64,000 nt of DNA from a bacterium (GTDB lineage Bacteria > Bacillota_I > Bacilli_A > RF39 > UBA660). Under the pieces are notes generated by a model, which did no database searches, had not been told where the DNA came from, and was given only the letters and a program-made list of their open reading frames with translations. Shown in pieces: positions 1 through 9,920 of this stretch (its first letter is position 1; every line of letters begins with the position of its first letter). The stretch spans positions 13,516 through 77,515 of the forward strand of contig JAUNFK010000001.1 of the NCBI GenBank assembly GCA_030525085.1, read 5' to 3'. Made by a program: the position numbers and the translations under genes.

Positions 1-527
1 CAGAATTGGAAAACAAAATAAAAAATGCTGTAGGTAGTGGTTGTACAGGAAACTCTGTTGCTGCGGCAGCAATAGCACTAATTGATGGCTTGCATGCTAA
101 GGGATTCCACTTACCATACTATTATGGTGGTGGACACGTACAAAAGAATCCTATAGTAAACCCTAACTGGGGAGCAAATATTGGTGCTAGCATTCAAAAG
201 CCTAATGGCAGCTATGACTACTATAGTGGCTTAGATTGTTCAGGATTTGTAATGTGGGCAATGCACGCTGCAAACATCGGCGTTTGGTCTGGTGCATCTG
301 GCTTCCTAAATCTAGGCGATCATGTATCATTTAGCAAATTAGTACCAGGAGATGTAATCGCTAACTCTGGTCACGTCATCCTTGTATTAGAAAACACTGG
401 TTCATCATTAATTACAGCTGAATCTACTGGTGGAGGAGTTCAGTATGGCAATTATTCATACTCAAGTGCAAGTAGCTACACTGGTATCTCAATGAGTGGA
501 TATTTTGCTAATCACTGCGGAGGTTAA
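1..527 (+). CDS. NlpC/P60-family cell-wall peptidase, C-terminal part (ORF open at window start)
   Basis: The frame stays open to base 3, and the listed start at 6 is TTG. The catalytic Cys context 'LDCSGFVMWA' and His context 'NSGHVILV' are typical of NlpC/P60 hydrolases. It lies just upstream of a T4SS coupling protein, as CwlT/Orf14-type conjugation hydrolases do. Confidence 0.75.
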   Translation, partial: ELENKIKNAVGSGCTGNSVAAAAIALIDGLHAKGFHLPYYYGGGHVQKNPIVNPNWGANIGASIQKPNGSYDYYSGLDCSGFVMWAMHAANIGVWSGASGFLNLGDHVSFSKLVPGDVIANSGHVILVLENTGSSLITAESTGGGVQYGNYSYSSASSYTGISMSGYFANHCGG

Positions 528-528
528 T

Positions 529-1212
529 ATGAAAAAAGCAATACTTTTAATAACACTAATATTTATGTTAACAGGGTGTGAAGCAGTATATAATTTAAAT
601 ATAGATGGCGATTCCTTTAAAGAAGAAATGATATTAACAACTAATGATATTACTACAAAAAACAAAAAATCTGTAGACGTTGCATTAAAATCAAATATTC
701 CCATTATATTTGAAAACTACAAGCCAGAAGTGAACTTTAAACAAAATGACTTTAAATACTATACAATTACCAAAGTTGAAACTAACAATGAAATAGGTGT
801 AAAATACGAAGCAGAATTTACCAAAGATAATTATGCCGATTCTACAATAGTTAAGACACACGTGCCAACATTTAAACTTACAGAATCAGGTAATATTATG
901 AGATTAACAGTAAGTAAAAAAAGAAGCATATTTGAAAATTACCCTGATTTAGATAAAGTTACCATTAACATTACAACTAATCATAAAGTAACAAAGCAAA
1001 ATGCAGATGGCGTTAGTGGTAACACTTATACATGGACCTTAACAAAAGAAAATTATAAAACTAAAGAAATATACCTAAACTATAGTAAAGAATTAAATAC
1101 ACCACAAAAAGAGGAAACAAAAAACTATAACATAATATTTTATATATTTGGCCTTGGAATTCTTGCTGCAATAATATATATTGTCATAAAGGCAAAAAAT
1201 ACAGGTAAATAA
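529..1212 (+). CDS. Lipoprotein with C-terminal transmembrane tail, unknown function
   Basis: ATG at 529 follows the upstream stop. The signal peptide plus lipobox reads 'MKKAILLITLIFMLTGC'. The C-terminal hydrophobic segment 'IIFYIFGLGILAAIIYIVI' is followed by basic residues. Confidence 0.6.
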   Translation: MKKAILLITLIFMLTGCEAVYNLNIDGDSFKEEMILTTNDITTKNKKSVDVALKSNIPIIFENYKPEVNFKQNDFKYYTITKVETNNEIGVKYEAEFTKDNYADSTIVKTHVPTFKLTESGNIMRLTVSKKRSIFENYPDLDKVTINITTNHKVTKQNADGVSGNTYTWTLTKENYKTKEIYLNYSKELNTPQKEETKNYNIIFYIFGLGILAAIIYIVIKAKNTGK

Positions 1213-1264
1213 TCTAGAAAATAATATAAAATTAAGATATAATAAACTATGAGGAGTGACTAAT

Positions 1265-3601
1265 ATGAGATTCAGAGTATCTGCAAAAGATTTAATAATA
1301 TTCATTATATTTTGTATAGCATTACTAATTCTATCATCTTTAGCAGTGCTTAATGTTACAAGTCTTCTAAATACCACAGAGTTTTACGGACTTAACTTTT
1401 TCATGGGATTTACAAAAGACTATATAGCACCAACTTTAGTAGTATTTACAGCAGTCTTAGTATCAATCTTTTTTAGTGTTTCTTCATATATTTTCGAAAA
1501 AGAAAAAGGCAAAGGATTTGGCTTGCAAATCGGTGAAAAAGACGAAAAAGGATATAGTAGATGGGCTAAAGCTAGCGAAGTAAAAAAAGATGCTGGCGTT
1601 GAAAAAATAATTATTAAAGAACAAGAAGCGAAAGCCGCTGGTATTCCATTAATAAACGATGGTAAAAATATGTGGGTAGATAATGGAGATTATCACAACC
1701 TAGTAATCGGAGCAACTGGTTCAGGTAAAACAAAATGTCTAGTTGACCCACAAGTACAAAGCTTAGCTCGTAAGGGCGAAAGTATGATTCTAACAGACCC
1801 AAAAGGAGAACTTTACAGGGATCACTCAGAAATGTTAAGACAAAGAGGATACAAAATAATTGTTCTTAACTTCCGTAATCCAAACATGGGTAATGCATGG
1901 AATCCACTAACACTACCATATAAACTATATAAAGAAGGAAATACAGATAAAGCTACAGAGTTACTAGACGATGTAGCATTAAATATCCTATATGACCCAG
2001 AAAATAAAAATGACCCATTCTGGGAAAAAAGTGCTGCCGACTTCTTCTCAGGTTTAGCACTAGGTTTATTCGAAGATGCTAAGGAATCACAAATAAACTT
2101 AAACTCAATTAACTACATGTCAACAGTAGGAGAAGAAAATTTTGCAACAAGCAACTATACAAAAGAATACTTCTTACTAAAAGGTGAAGACTCAAGTGCA
2201 TACGTATTTGCTTCAAATACAATTAATGCTCCAACAGAAACCAAAGGAAGTATCCTATCAGTATTTAGACAAAAAATCAGACTATTTGCTTCACGTGAAC
2301 AGTTAAGCGAAATGCTTTCATATAGTGATTTCAATATGGAAGATATTGGTAAACAAAAAACAGCTGTATTTATGATTATTCACGATGAAAAAACAACATA
2401 CCATGCTTTAGCAACAATCTTCCTAAAACAAGCATACGAAACCTTAATTGATGTTGCTCAAAACAGTCCTAAAGGTAAATTACCTCATCGTACTAACTTT
2501 ATTCTAGATGAGTTTGCAAACATGCCTCCACTAAAAGATGTTACAACAATGGTTACTGCAGCACGTAGTAGAGCAATTCGTTTCACATTCATTATTCAAA
2601 ACTTTGCACAATTAAACGATGTATACGGTAAAGAGCAAGCTGAAACAATAAGAAGTAACTGTGGAAACATCATCTATCTTATTACAACTGAACTTGCAGC
2701 CCTAGAAGAAATAAGTAAATTATGTGGTGAAGTAAAATCAAAAGATAAAGACAAAACAGCATCAACGCCACTGATCACTGTTAGCGACCTTCAAAAACTT
2801 AAACTATTCGAAGTAATAATATTAAGATCAAGACTAAACCCATTTAGAACTAAACTTACACCAAGTTTCGAAATAGATTGGGGCTCAGCTAACTATGGTA
2901 ATGGAGTTCTTGTTGAAAGAGAAAAACGTCCAATCGACTTATTTGATATTAAAGAATTTGTAAAAGTAAAAAAACGTAGTAAACTATTTGACGCGTTAGA
3001 TAAAAAACTTCCATCAACCCCAACACCAGTGCCTGAACTTGAAAAAGAAAAGGAAGAAGAAAAAGAACCTATAAGTATGTCAAAAGGATTTAATCCATTC
3101 AACTCAGTTCAAGAAACTCCTAAAGATATCAAAACAACTAATTCAAAATTTGAAAAATCATTTATGGAGTCACCTCTTAACAATTCGGTGCAGCATCAAG
3201 AAACATTCAGTATGCCAAATGATTTTACTGAAAATAAAATTAGTGAAACACCAAAAATTGAAGAGACACCAAACTTCGGTGAACTAATGGGTTCACAAGT
3301 ACAAACACCTTCTGAATCAGAACCTAAAGTACCAAAATTTGATGTAGATGATTTAGTTAAAAGAATTGATGCCAAAATAGCTGAATTAGAAAAAGAAGAA
3401 GCACAGCAAAAAGCAAATCAAAATGTAAATGTAACAGAACCTAAAAAAGAAGAACCAGAAATAGAACGCTTCGACTTAGGAGACACTTACGAAACAAAAG
3501 AAAAAGAAGAACCAATAATTAACATTGATAATGATAGTATTGTTGTTGGTGATGATAATACAACAGATGATCAATACTATGATGACTTCTTTAACGATTA
3601 G
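1265..3601 (+). CDS. Type IV secretion coupling protein (VirD4/TraG/TraD family)
   Basis: GAGGAG at 1251-1256 sits 8 nt before ATG 1265. There are two N-terminal TM segments. Walker A is 'VIGATGSGKTK' (nt 1709-1732), followed by 'DPKGELY', a Walker B-like 'FILDEFANMPPL' and 'IIQNFAQLNDVYG'. The C-terminal tail is a long low-complexity stretch rich in E, K and P. Confidence 0.8.
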   Translation: MRFRVSAKDLIIFIIFCIALLILSSLAVLNVTSLLNTTEFYGLNFFMGFTKDYIAPTLVVFTAVLVSIFFSVSSYIFEKEKGKGFGLQIGEKDEKGYSRWAKASEVKKDAGVEKIIIKEQEAKAAGIPLINDGKNMWVDNGDYHNLVIGATGSGKTKCLVDPQVQSLARKGESMILTDPKGELYRDHSEMLRQRGYKIIVLNFRNPNMGNAWNPLTLPYKLYKEGNTDKATELLDDVALNILYDPENKNDPFWEKSAADFFSGLALGLFEDAKESQINLNSINYMSTVGEENFATSNYTKEYFLLKGEDSSAYVFASNTINAPTETKGSILSVFRQKIRLFASREQLSEMLSYSDFNMEDIGKQKTAVFMIIHDEKTTYHALATIFLKQAYETLIDVAQNSPKGKLPHRTNFILDEFANMPPLKDVTTMVTAARSRAIRFTFIIQNFAQLNDVYGKEQAETIRSNCGNIIYLITTELAALEEISKLCGEVKSKDKDKTASTPLITVSDLQKLKLFEVIILRSRLNPFRTKLTPSFEIDWGSANYGNGVLVEREKRPIDLFDIKEFVKVKKRSKLFDALDKKLPSTPTPVPELEKEKEEEKEPISMSKGFNPFNSVQETPKDIKTTNSKFEKSFMESPLNNSVQHQETFSMPNDFTENKISETPKIEETPNFGELMGSQVQTPSESEPKVPKFDVDDLVKRIDAKIAELEKEEAQQKANQNVNVTEPKKEEPEIERFDLGDTYETKEKEEPIINIDNDSIVVGDDNTTDDQYYDDFFND

Positions 3602-3620
3602 AGCTTAGGCTCTTTTTTTA
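3600..3620 (+). terminator. Intrinsic terminator after the coupling-protein gene
   Basis: AGAGC-ttag-GCTCT hairpin followed by TTTTTT. Confidence 0.6.
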
Positions 3621-3652
3621 TTCACAAAAAAATAATAAACATATAATACAAT

Positions 3653-3868
3653 ATGAAAACAATAAATATAAAAGACTACCACAAAGATGGTACATTTATT
3701 AACCTCGAAAAATATCAAGGAGCATACGAAAATTTAATATTAAATCATCAAAAATACTTTGATAAAAAAAAGAAATATTATATATATTGTTCTAAAGGAG
3801 TAAAGAGTAAAAGAGTTACCTCAATTCTTGAAGCATATGGATACAATGTTACAAGGGTTACAGATTAA
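3653..3868 (+). CDS. Small single-domain rhodanese-like protein
   Basis: Active-site loop-like 'YCSKGVKSKRV' followed by 'LEAYGYNVTRV'. Length is 71 aa. Confidence 0.5.
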   Translation: MKTINIKDYHKDGTFINLEKYQGAYENLILNHQKYFDKKKKYYIYCSKGVKSKRVTSILEAYGYNVTRVTD

Positions 3869-3944
3869 CTCTTTTTCCACGTGTGGAAAAGAAGAAAGAA
3901 ATTTATAAGTGAAAAGCCGTATAATTAAATACGGAGGGCATATT

Positions 3945-5330
3945 ATGTTAAAAATTAAAACAAATTCAAAAGAAGTAAAAGAGGGGGATACTTTTGTAGC
4001 TATCAAAGGATATACTGTTGATGGACATAAATATATAGATGAAGCGATAAAAAAAGGTGCCAAATTTATAGTAGCAGAGCATGGCTCATATAGCGTTCCA
4101 ACTCTAATCGTACCAGATACAACAGAGTACCTAAAAAATCATTTGAAAGAAGAATACTCAAAAGATTTTGCAGACTTAAAGTTTATTGGTATAACTGGAA
4201 CAAATGGAAAAACAACAACTGCACTTTTAACAAGTGAAACACTAAATGAACTAGGTGAGTCATCTGCCTATATTGGAACTGTAGGCTTCTATATAAATGG
4301 TAAACTAGTAAGAGAACTTCCAAACACAACACCAGATATCTTAACTCTTTATAATCTTATTTATGAAGCTAAAGAAAAAGGCGCAAAATACATTGTAATG
4401 GAAGTAAGTAGTCATGCCTTAGCACTAGGAAGAATAGAAGGAATTAGCTTTGACAGTGCAGCCTTTACTAACCTTACAGAAGACCATCTAGATTATCATA
4501 AAACAATGGAAGAATACCTAAAAGCTAAAAAGAAGATCTTAACTCATCTTAAACCAGATGCTACAATGATTGTAAATGGGGACGATGAGCACGCTAAAAA
4601 TTTTGAAACAGACAAAACAATAAAAATTGGTAACAAAAAAGGAGATATAGCTTTTCTAGATTATGAACCAGACACAACTGGCACTAAAATATGGTTTAAA
4701 TACTTCGATAGACAATTTGGTGTAAGAACAAATATGTTATGTGAATTTAATGTATATAACTACCTAACATCACTTGGATTAGTTACATCACTAGGATTCG
4801 ACCCTAAAAAAGTTGTATCATGCGCAGCTAAACTTAATCCACCAAAAGGAAGAAATGAAGTAATAAACGTAAATGGTAATAGAGCAATAGTAGACTATGC
4901 ACATACACCAGACGCTGTTCAAAAAATAATTGAATCAAATAGAGAAGTTACAACAGGAAGAATAATCACTGTAGTTGGTTGTGGCGGAAACAGAGACCCA
5001 CTAAAAAGACCAATAATGGGTAACATTGCAACTGAACTTTCAGACATAGTTATCTTTACTGATGATAACCCAAGAGAAGAAGACGATATAGCTATTTTAA
5101 AAGACATTGTAGAAGGAGTATCTAAAGATAACTACATAGTGGAACCGGATAGAAGGAAAGCCATAATAAGTGGATTAAATATGTTAAAACCAGGTGATAC
5201 ACTTTTAATTTTAGGAAAAGGTCATGAGGACTACCAAATAATAGGCAAAGAAAAACATCACTTCAGTGATAGAGAAGAAGTGGAAAACTATATAAAATCT
5301 AATGATAAAGATAAAAACAAAACAATATAG
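3945..5330 (+). CDS. murE: UDP-N-acetylmuramoyl-L-alanyl-D-glutamate--2,6-diaminopimelate ligase
   Basis: GGAGGG RBS before ATG 3945. The Mur ligase P-loop is 'GITGTNGKTTT'. The 'DDNPREED' (DNPR) motif is associated with meso-DAP specificity. Confidence 0.9.
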   Translation: MLKIKTNSKEVKEGDTFVAIKGYTVDGHKYIDEAIKKGAKFIVAEHGSYSVPTLIVPDTTEYLKNHLKEEYSKDFADLKFIGITGTNGKTTTALLTSETLNELGESSAYIGTVGFYINGKLVRELPNTTPDILTLYNLIYEAKEKGAKYIVMEVSSHALALGRIEGISFDSAAFTNLTEDHLDYHKTMEEYLKAKKKILTHLKPDATMIVNGDDEHAKNFETDKTIKIGNKKGDIAFLDYEPDTTGTKIWFKYFDRQFGVRTNMLCEFNVYNYLTSLGLVTSLGFDPKKVVSCAAKLNPPKGRNEVINVNGNRAIVDYAHTPDAVQKIIESNREVTTGRIITVVGCGGNRDPLKRPIMGNIATELSDIVIFTDDNPREEDDIAILKDIVEGVSKDNYIVEPDRRKAIISGLNMLKPGDTLLILGKGHEDYQIIGKEKHHFSDREEVENYIKSNDKDKNKTI

Positions 5331-5344
5331 GAATCCCATAATTA

Positions 5345-5377
5345 CAAAAAAAAGAACTTTATTAAAGTTCTTTTTTC
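5345..5377. terminator. Bidirectional terminator between convergent murE and a transporter gene
   Basis: AAAGAAC / GTTCTTT inverted repeat flanked by an A-run upstream and a T-run downstream. Confidence 0.55.
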
Positions 5378-6591
5378 AATGAATCTTTTCCATCAACTAT
5401 TCTTGAAACAAGCATAGAACTTGCTGAGTCGCCAGTAACATTTAAAAGTGTAGCCGGTGCATCAATTATTGTAGCAATAATAGTAAGTATTGGAAGTGCT
5501 GATACTGGAAATCCCATAAGTTTTAAAATAAGCATTTCTGAAATTGTTCCACCACCAATAGGTACAGCCGTAACTAAAATAGTCGCAAGTAATGATACCC
5601 CTAAAACCTTAATACCACTTACTGGCATATCAAATAAGTAAACTAAGAACATTATCTTAAATACACTACCAATAATAGAACCATCTTTATGAAATGATGT
5701 TCCAAGTGTAATAGTTGGACTAGCAATATCTTCGCTAACACCAATTTTTTTAGCACATTCAGTGTTTACTGGAATAGATGCCGCAGAGCTGCATGTAGAT
5801 AAAGCAGTAACACTAGCTGGGATAATATTTGCCCAGTATTTCTTAACACCAATCTTACCACCAGCCATATAAGCATATAAAGTATAAATAACAAAATATA
5901 CAAATAAAACTAAGATAGTATAAATAACAAGCATTTTAACAAATCCTTGAGTTACACTTGCTCCAAACGTTCCCGTAAATGAAGCAAAATAACATCCAAG
6001 TCCAATTGGTGCATAATACATAAGTATCTTTATAAGATTTTGTAATACTTCATAAGCACTATCTAACACCTTAAGAAAACTCTTTCCTTTCTCACCACTT
6101 TTATTAATAGCAAGACCACTTAATATAGAAATAACAATAAGAGCTAAAATATTATTTTTACTTAATAAATTTACAAAATCGTTAGTGCTGACTGAATTAA
6201 CTAACTTCTCAAGTACAGAAGCATCATCACTAATCTCACTAGTTTCATCAAGTAAAGCTGTAATCTTTTTAGCATCTCCACTATCAACTAATCTAATCTT
6301 AAGTGATGTTAGCCCGATAACAACACTAACAAGTGAAGTAAATATAAATACTAAAATAATACTTCTTAATATTTTACCAACTCTTTTAGGTTTATCAATC
6401 TTACCAATAGATGTTGTAATAGATAAAAATATAAGCGGTACTACAACCACAAGTAACATATTAATAAATAAAGTACCAAGTGGTTCAAGTACAGTAGCTT
6501 TTTCCTTAAATATTAATCCAACTATTGTACCTATAATAAGTGAACCTATTAATATAATAGATTGTTTATAATTTTTAATTATCTTTTTCAT
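5362..6591 (-). CDS. Dicarboxylate/amino acid:cation symporter (DAACS/SLC1 family)
   Basis: Polytopic membrane protein carrying the family motifs 'CSSAASIPV', 'GTSFHKDGS' and 'NVTGDSASS'. Confidence 0.8.
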   Translation of the reverse strand: MKKIIKNYKQSIILIGSLIIGTIVGLIFKEKATVLEPLGTLFINMLLVVVVPLIFLSITTSIGKIDKPKRVGKILRSIILVFIFTSLVSVVIGLTSLKIRLVDSGDAKKITALLDETSEISDDASVLEKLVNSVSTNDFVNLLSKNNILALIVISILSGLAINKSGEKGKSFLKVLDSAYEVLQNLIKILMYYAPIGLGCYFASFTGTFGASVTQGFVKMLVIYTILVLFVYFVIYTLYAYMAGGKIGVKKYWANIIPASVTALSTCSSAASIPVNTECAKKIGVSEDIASPTITLGTSFHKDGSIIGSVFKIMFLVYLFDMPVSGIKVLGVSLLATILVTAVPIGGGTISEMLILKLMGFPVSALPILTIIATIIDAPATLLNVTGDSASSMLVSRIVDGKDSLKKEL

Positions 6592-6720
6592 AATCTTTCC
6601 TTTCCATTAAAATTATATTAAAAATAAATCGTTAATATAAACAATCAAACTCCACATAAATTCCACACCACTAACAAATATAAGGAAAATATGGTAAAAT
6701 ATATGTGCAAAGGAGGAAGT

Positions 6721-8046
6721 ATGAAAAAAGCATTTATTAAAATGAATGAAGGCAAAGACTATTTATCATTAGGTAATCTATTTAATTCCATTAAGAAAAA
6801 CTCTACTAATAAACTAACCAGTATTCAAACCGAAATATTTTGCACACTTTTTAATGTAAATGATATTAGCTCCAAAACCGTTAACAATTATTGTATAGGT
6901 TATAGAGCAATCAGCATGGATTACAAAAAGATATACTATGACTATCAAAAACTATATAATGACAATGAAAACATTCTTCTTCCCGTCGTAACCAATATTG
7001 TAAGCATCCTAGACGAAGTCATTTACACAGAAGATGATAATGCTATTAAAATAGTAAACTCAAGTAAAAGACTCTCAAAGGTAATTGACAATTTAATAAA
7101 TATTGCCAAGACAGATGCTTCAATAAAAGAAGAATACTTAAACAAAATTATTAACTATTATGAAAATAAAGACCTTTATAATGCATTTGTTCTAATCCTT
7201 TTCTATACTATTTTAGAAAATGAACAACCACTTGCTAACTATGAAACTAATATAGATATTAAAAGCAAAGAGCTTGCCGAATACCTTCAAATAAATCTTC
7301 AAGAAGGAGTAAGCTACATTAACTCACTTAAAATACTAGCTAAAAGGAACAATATGTATGCCTTAGCTGAATTAGGTTCTCTAGAATATTCTGGACTAAT
7401 TACAGGTAAAGTTGATTATGATACTTGCTTTAATTATTATTTAAAAGCTGCCAAAAAAAATCACCCAAAAGCATCTTGGATGGTCGCAAATCTAATTTAT
7501 TATAAAAAAATATCAGGTTATTCTACCGAATTTGCTTATGAATATATTGAAAAAGCAATCAAACTAGGAAGCATTGCTGCCATAAATACCTTAGGTAATT
7601 TTTACTATAATGGCTTTACTCCAGATAATAAAAAAGATATTGAAAAAGCATTAGAGTGCTATACAAAAGCAGCAGATTTAGGCTATGTTTATGCCTACAA
7701 TAATCTAGGAAGATACTACGAAAAAATAGACGAAGAAAAAGCCTTAAACTATTTTAAACTATCAGCAGATAATAACGAAAGCTGGGCCCTAAATAAATTA
7801 GGTGAAATCTATAGAAGTAAAAACGATAATCAAAAAGCATTTTTCTACTATCAAAAATCAATCGAAGCGCCAGTACTAGAAAAGTATTATTACGGCTACT
7901 ATAATTTAGCAAAATACTTTTATCTAACTAAAAATGATATTGTTGATATCGATAAAGAAAAAGCTATAAAATATTTAAACATTGCTCTTGATAATGGAGT
8001 CACTAAAGCCAAAGAGGAATTAGAAAGGATTGACCATGAATTTTAG
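6721..8046 (+). CDS. Sel1/TPR-like repeat protein with a possible N-terminal HTH-like region
   Basis: AGGAGG at 6711-6716 precedes ATG 6721. Sel1-like units recur: 'ALAELGSLEYSG', 'INTLGNFYYNG', 'YNNLGRYYEK' and 'LNKLGEIYRS'. Confidence 0.65.
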   Translation: MKKAFIKMNEGKDYLSLGNLFNSIKKNSTNKLTSIQTEIFCTLFNVNDISSKTVNNYCIGYRAISMDYKKIYYDYQKLYNDNENILLPVVTNIVSILDEVIYTEDDNAIKIVNSSKRLSKVIDNLINIAKTDASIKEEYLNKIINYYENKDLYNAFVLILFYTILENEQPLANYETNIDIKSKELAEYLQINLQEGVSYINSLKILAKRNNMYALAELGSLEYSGLITGKVDYDTCFNYYLKAAKKNHPKASWMVANLIYYKKISGYSTEFAYEYIEKAIKLGSIAAINTLGNFYYNGFTPDNKKDIEKALECYTKAADLGYVYAYNNLGRYYEKIDEEKALNYFKLSADNNESWALNKLGEIYRSKNDNQKAFFYYQKSIEAPVLEKYYYGYYNLAKYFYLTKNDIVDIDKEKAIKYLNIALDNGVTKAKEELERIDHEF

Positions 8047-8794
8047 AAATAATACAAATGAACTTGATCAGCATTTCTTAGTAAGTGATGTAGTTATAAA
8101 TAAATTTATTGAAGCCTCTAACCTAACAAAAGATGATATCTGTCTTGAAATAGGCCCAGGCAAAGGAACTCTAACAAGGATTATTGCCACAAGAGTAAAA
8201 AAACTAACCGTCATCGAAAAAGATAACCGTCTAGAAGAATACTTAAAAGAAATTCCTAACATAAATATAATTATTGATGATGCTATCAAGACTCCTTGGC
8301 CCAAAGTAAATAAAATCATTACAAGCATTCCATACAGTATCATTGAGCCATTTATAAAAAAACTAACCAAAGAAGATTTTGATGAACTAATTATGATGAT
8401 GGGTAAAAACTACTGCATGAACGCACTTGACAAAAAGATAACCTACCTAAGCTTAATGACAAACGTTTTCTTTAATATTGAAAAAATAATCGATGTTCCT
8501 AAAGAAGCATTTAATCCGGCACCAAGAGTAACATCTTGTTTAGTTAGATTAACTCCTAAAAAAGAACTTACAAAAATAGAAGAGTTATTTCAAAATATAT
8601 ATAATTTAGATCATAAAAAGTGCAAAAACGCAATTATTGAAAGTTTAATAATTAGAGATAATTTAACCCAAAAAGAAGCAAAAGAAATCGTAAATAATCT
8701 TAATATCGATGAAAATATTCTAAATAAACCATTTTCACTTATCAAAAATGAAGAATTAGAGACTCTTTACAATAAACTCTTACAAAATAATTAA
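8036..8794 (+). CDS. rRNA adenine-N6 (di)methyltransferase family protein (RsmA/KsgA/Erm family)
   Basis: 'QHFLVSDVVINKFI', the SAM motif 'LEIGPGKGTLT', and motif IV present as 'ITSIPYSI' (the family usually has N-L/I-P-Y). Length is 252 aa. It overlaps the end of the upstream Sel1 gene. Confidence 0.7.
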   Translation: MNFRNNTNELDQHFLVSDVVINKFIEASNLTKDDICLEIGPGKGTLTRIIATRVKKLTVIEKDNRLEEYLKEIPNINIIIDDAIKTPWPKVNKIITSIPYSIIEPFIKKLTKEDFDELIMMMGKNYCMNALDKKITYLSLMTNVFFNIEKIIDVPKEAFNPAPRVTSCLVRLTPKKELTKIEELFQNIYNLDHKKCKNAIIESLIIRDNLTQKEAKEIVNNLNIDENILNKPFSLIKNEELETLYNKLLQNN

Positions 8795-8835
8795 AAAAAT
8801 GAGGTATTTATTATATAATAGAAGTAGGTGATTAC

Positions 8836-9909
8836 ATGAAAGTAATAATTAGCGCTGGTGGTACCGGTGGTCATATTTATCCGGCACTTGCAATTGTTAA
8901 AAAAATAAAAGAAAAAGAACCAAACAGTGAAATACTTTATATTGGTACTCATAACCGTATGGAAAAAGATATCGTACCAAAAGAAAATATTAAATATGAA
9001 AGTATTGAAATCTATGGCTTTAGTAAAACAATGATTAAAAGAGACATTCAAAATATAGGCCTAATTATTAAAGCTGAAAAAAAATGCTTAAAAATAATGA
9101 AAGAATTTAAACCAGATATCGTTATTGGTGTCGGTGGATACGTAACATTTCCTGTTTTAAGAGCAGCTAGAAAATTAAAAATTAAAACATTCATTCATGA
9201 GCAAAATAGCATTCCAGGAAAAAGCAATAAAGTACTAAGCAAAAAAGTAGACCTTATTGGAGTATCATTTAAAGATACCTTAAAATACTTTGGAGATAAT
9301 GCTTTTCTATCTGGCAATCCATGTGGTGAAATGGCAATTGATAGAAAACCAATGAGTAAAAAAGAGTTTGGGGTACCGCTAAACCATAAATGCGTCCTAA
9401 TCGTACAAGGTAGTTTAGGTAGTGGTATCATTAACAAAAAAATGGAAGAATATCTAAGAACCATTAAAGAAGAAAACTATGACGTAATATATGTTACTGG
9501 TAAAAGTTACTTTGACGCATTCCCTAAAGACTTTTCTAAAAACGTTCACGTAGTACCATACATCGATAATATGAGTGCTTTAATTAAAGACATAGACGTA
9601 TTAGTAACAAGAGCAGGAGCAAGCGTTATAAGCGAAATAATGGCTTTAGGTAAGCCAAGCATTCTTATTCCAAGCCCATACGTCGCAAATAATCATCAGT
9701 ACTACAACGCTAAAAGCTTAAGTGATGCCAAAGCTGGAATAATGGTCGAAGAAAAAGATTTAACTAAAGACAAATTAAAAGAAGAAATAAATAAACTTCT
9801 AACAAACGAAAAACTATATAAAGAAATAAGTGCAAACGTCAAAAAAATGAGTATTGATAATAGTAGTACTCTAATATATGAAAAAATCAAAGAATTAATT
9901 AAAGAATAA
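8836..9909 (+). CDS. murG: Undecaprenyldiphospho-muramoylpentapeptide beta-N-acetylglucosaminyltransferase
   Basis: N-terminal 'GGTGGHIYPALA', with 'TRAGAS' in the C-terminal domain. Confidence 0.9.
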   Translation: MKVIISAGGTGGHIYPALAIVKKIKEKEPNSEILYIGTHNRMEKDIVPKENIKYESIEIYGFSKTMIKRDIQNIGLIIKAEKKCLKIMKEFKPDIVIGVGGYVTFPVLRAARKLKIKTFIHEQNSIPGKSNKVLSKKVDLIGVSFKDTLKYFGDNAFLSGNPCGEMAIDRKPMSKKEFGVPLNHKCVLIVQGSLGSGIINKKMEEYLRTIKEENYDVIYVTGKSYFDAFPKDFSKNVHVVPYIDNMSALIKDIDVLVTRAGASVISEIMALGKPSILIPSPYVANNHQYYNAKSLSDAKAGIMVEEKDLTKDKLKEEINKLLTNEKLYKEISANVKKMSIDNSSTLIYEKIKELIKE

Positions 9910-9920
9910 AAGGAGCAAAC

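Noticed and set aside
3873-3890. Palindrome TTTTCCAC-gt-GTGGAAAA after the rhodanese gene, considered as a terminator or an operator upstream of murE.
   Set aside because: No U-tract follows on the plus strand, and I cannot assign a binding protein, so it was left unannotated.
6185-6571. A 128-aa plus-strand ORF, and about 45 similar antisense ORFs of 60-134 aa in the track (for example 489-704, 1093-1377, 8068-8370, 16415-16702, 32538-32924, 35186-35590, 41041-41364, 59103-59390).
   Set aside because: Each lies entirely inside a longer ORF on the other strand that has clear family motifs. They lack Shine-Dalgarno sites and have low-complexity Leu/Ser/Ile/Phe-rich translations, which is typical of shadow frames in AT-rich DNA.
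8036-8794. Calling the methyltransferase an erm macrolide-resistance gene.
   Set aside because: The C-terminal region looks at least as KsgA-like as Erm-like. There is no leader-peptide attenuator upstream. The family-level call is retained and the question is listed as a finding.
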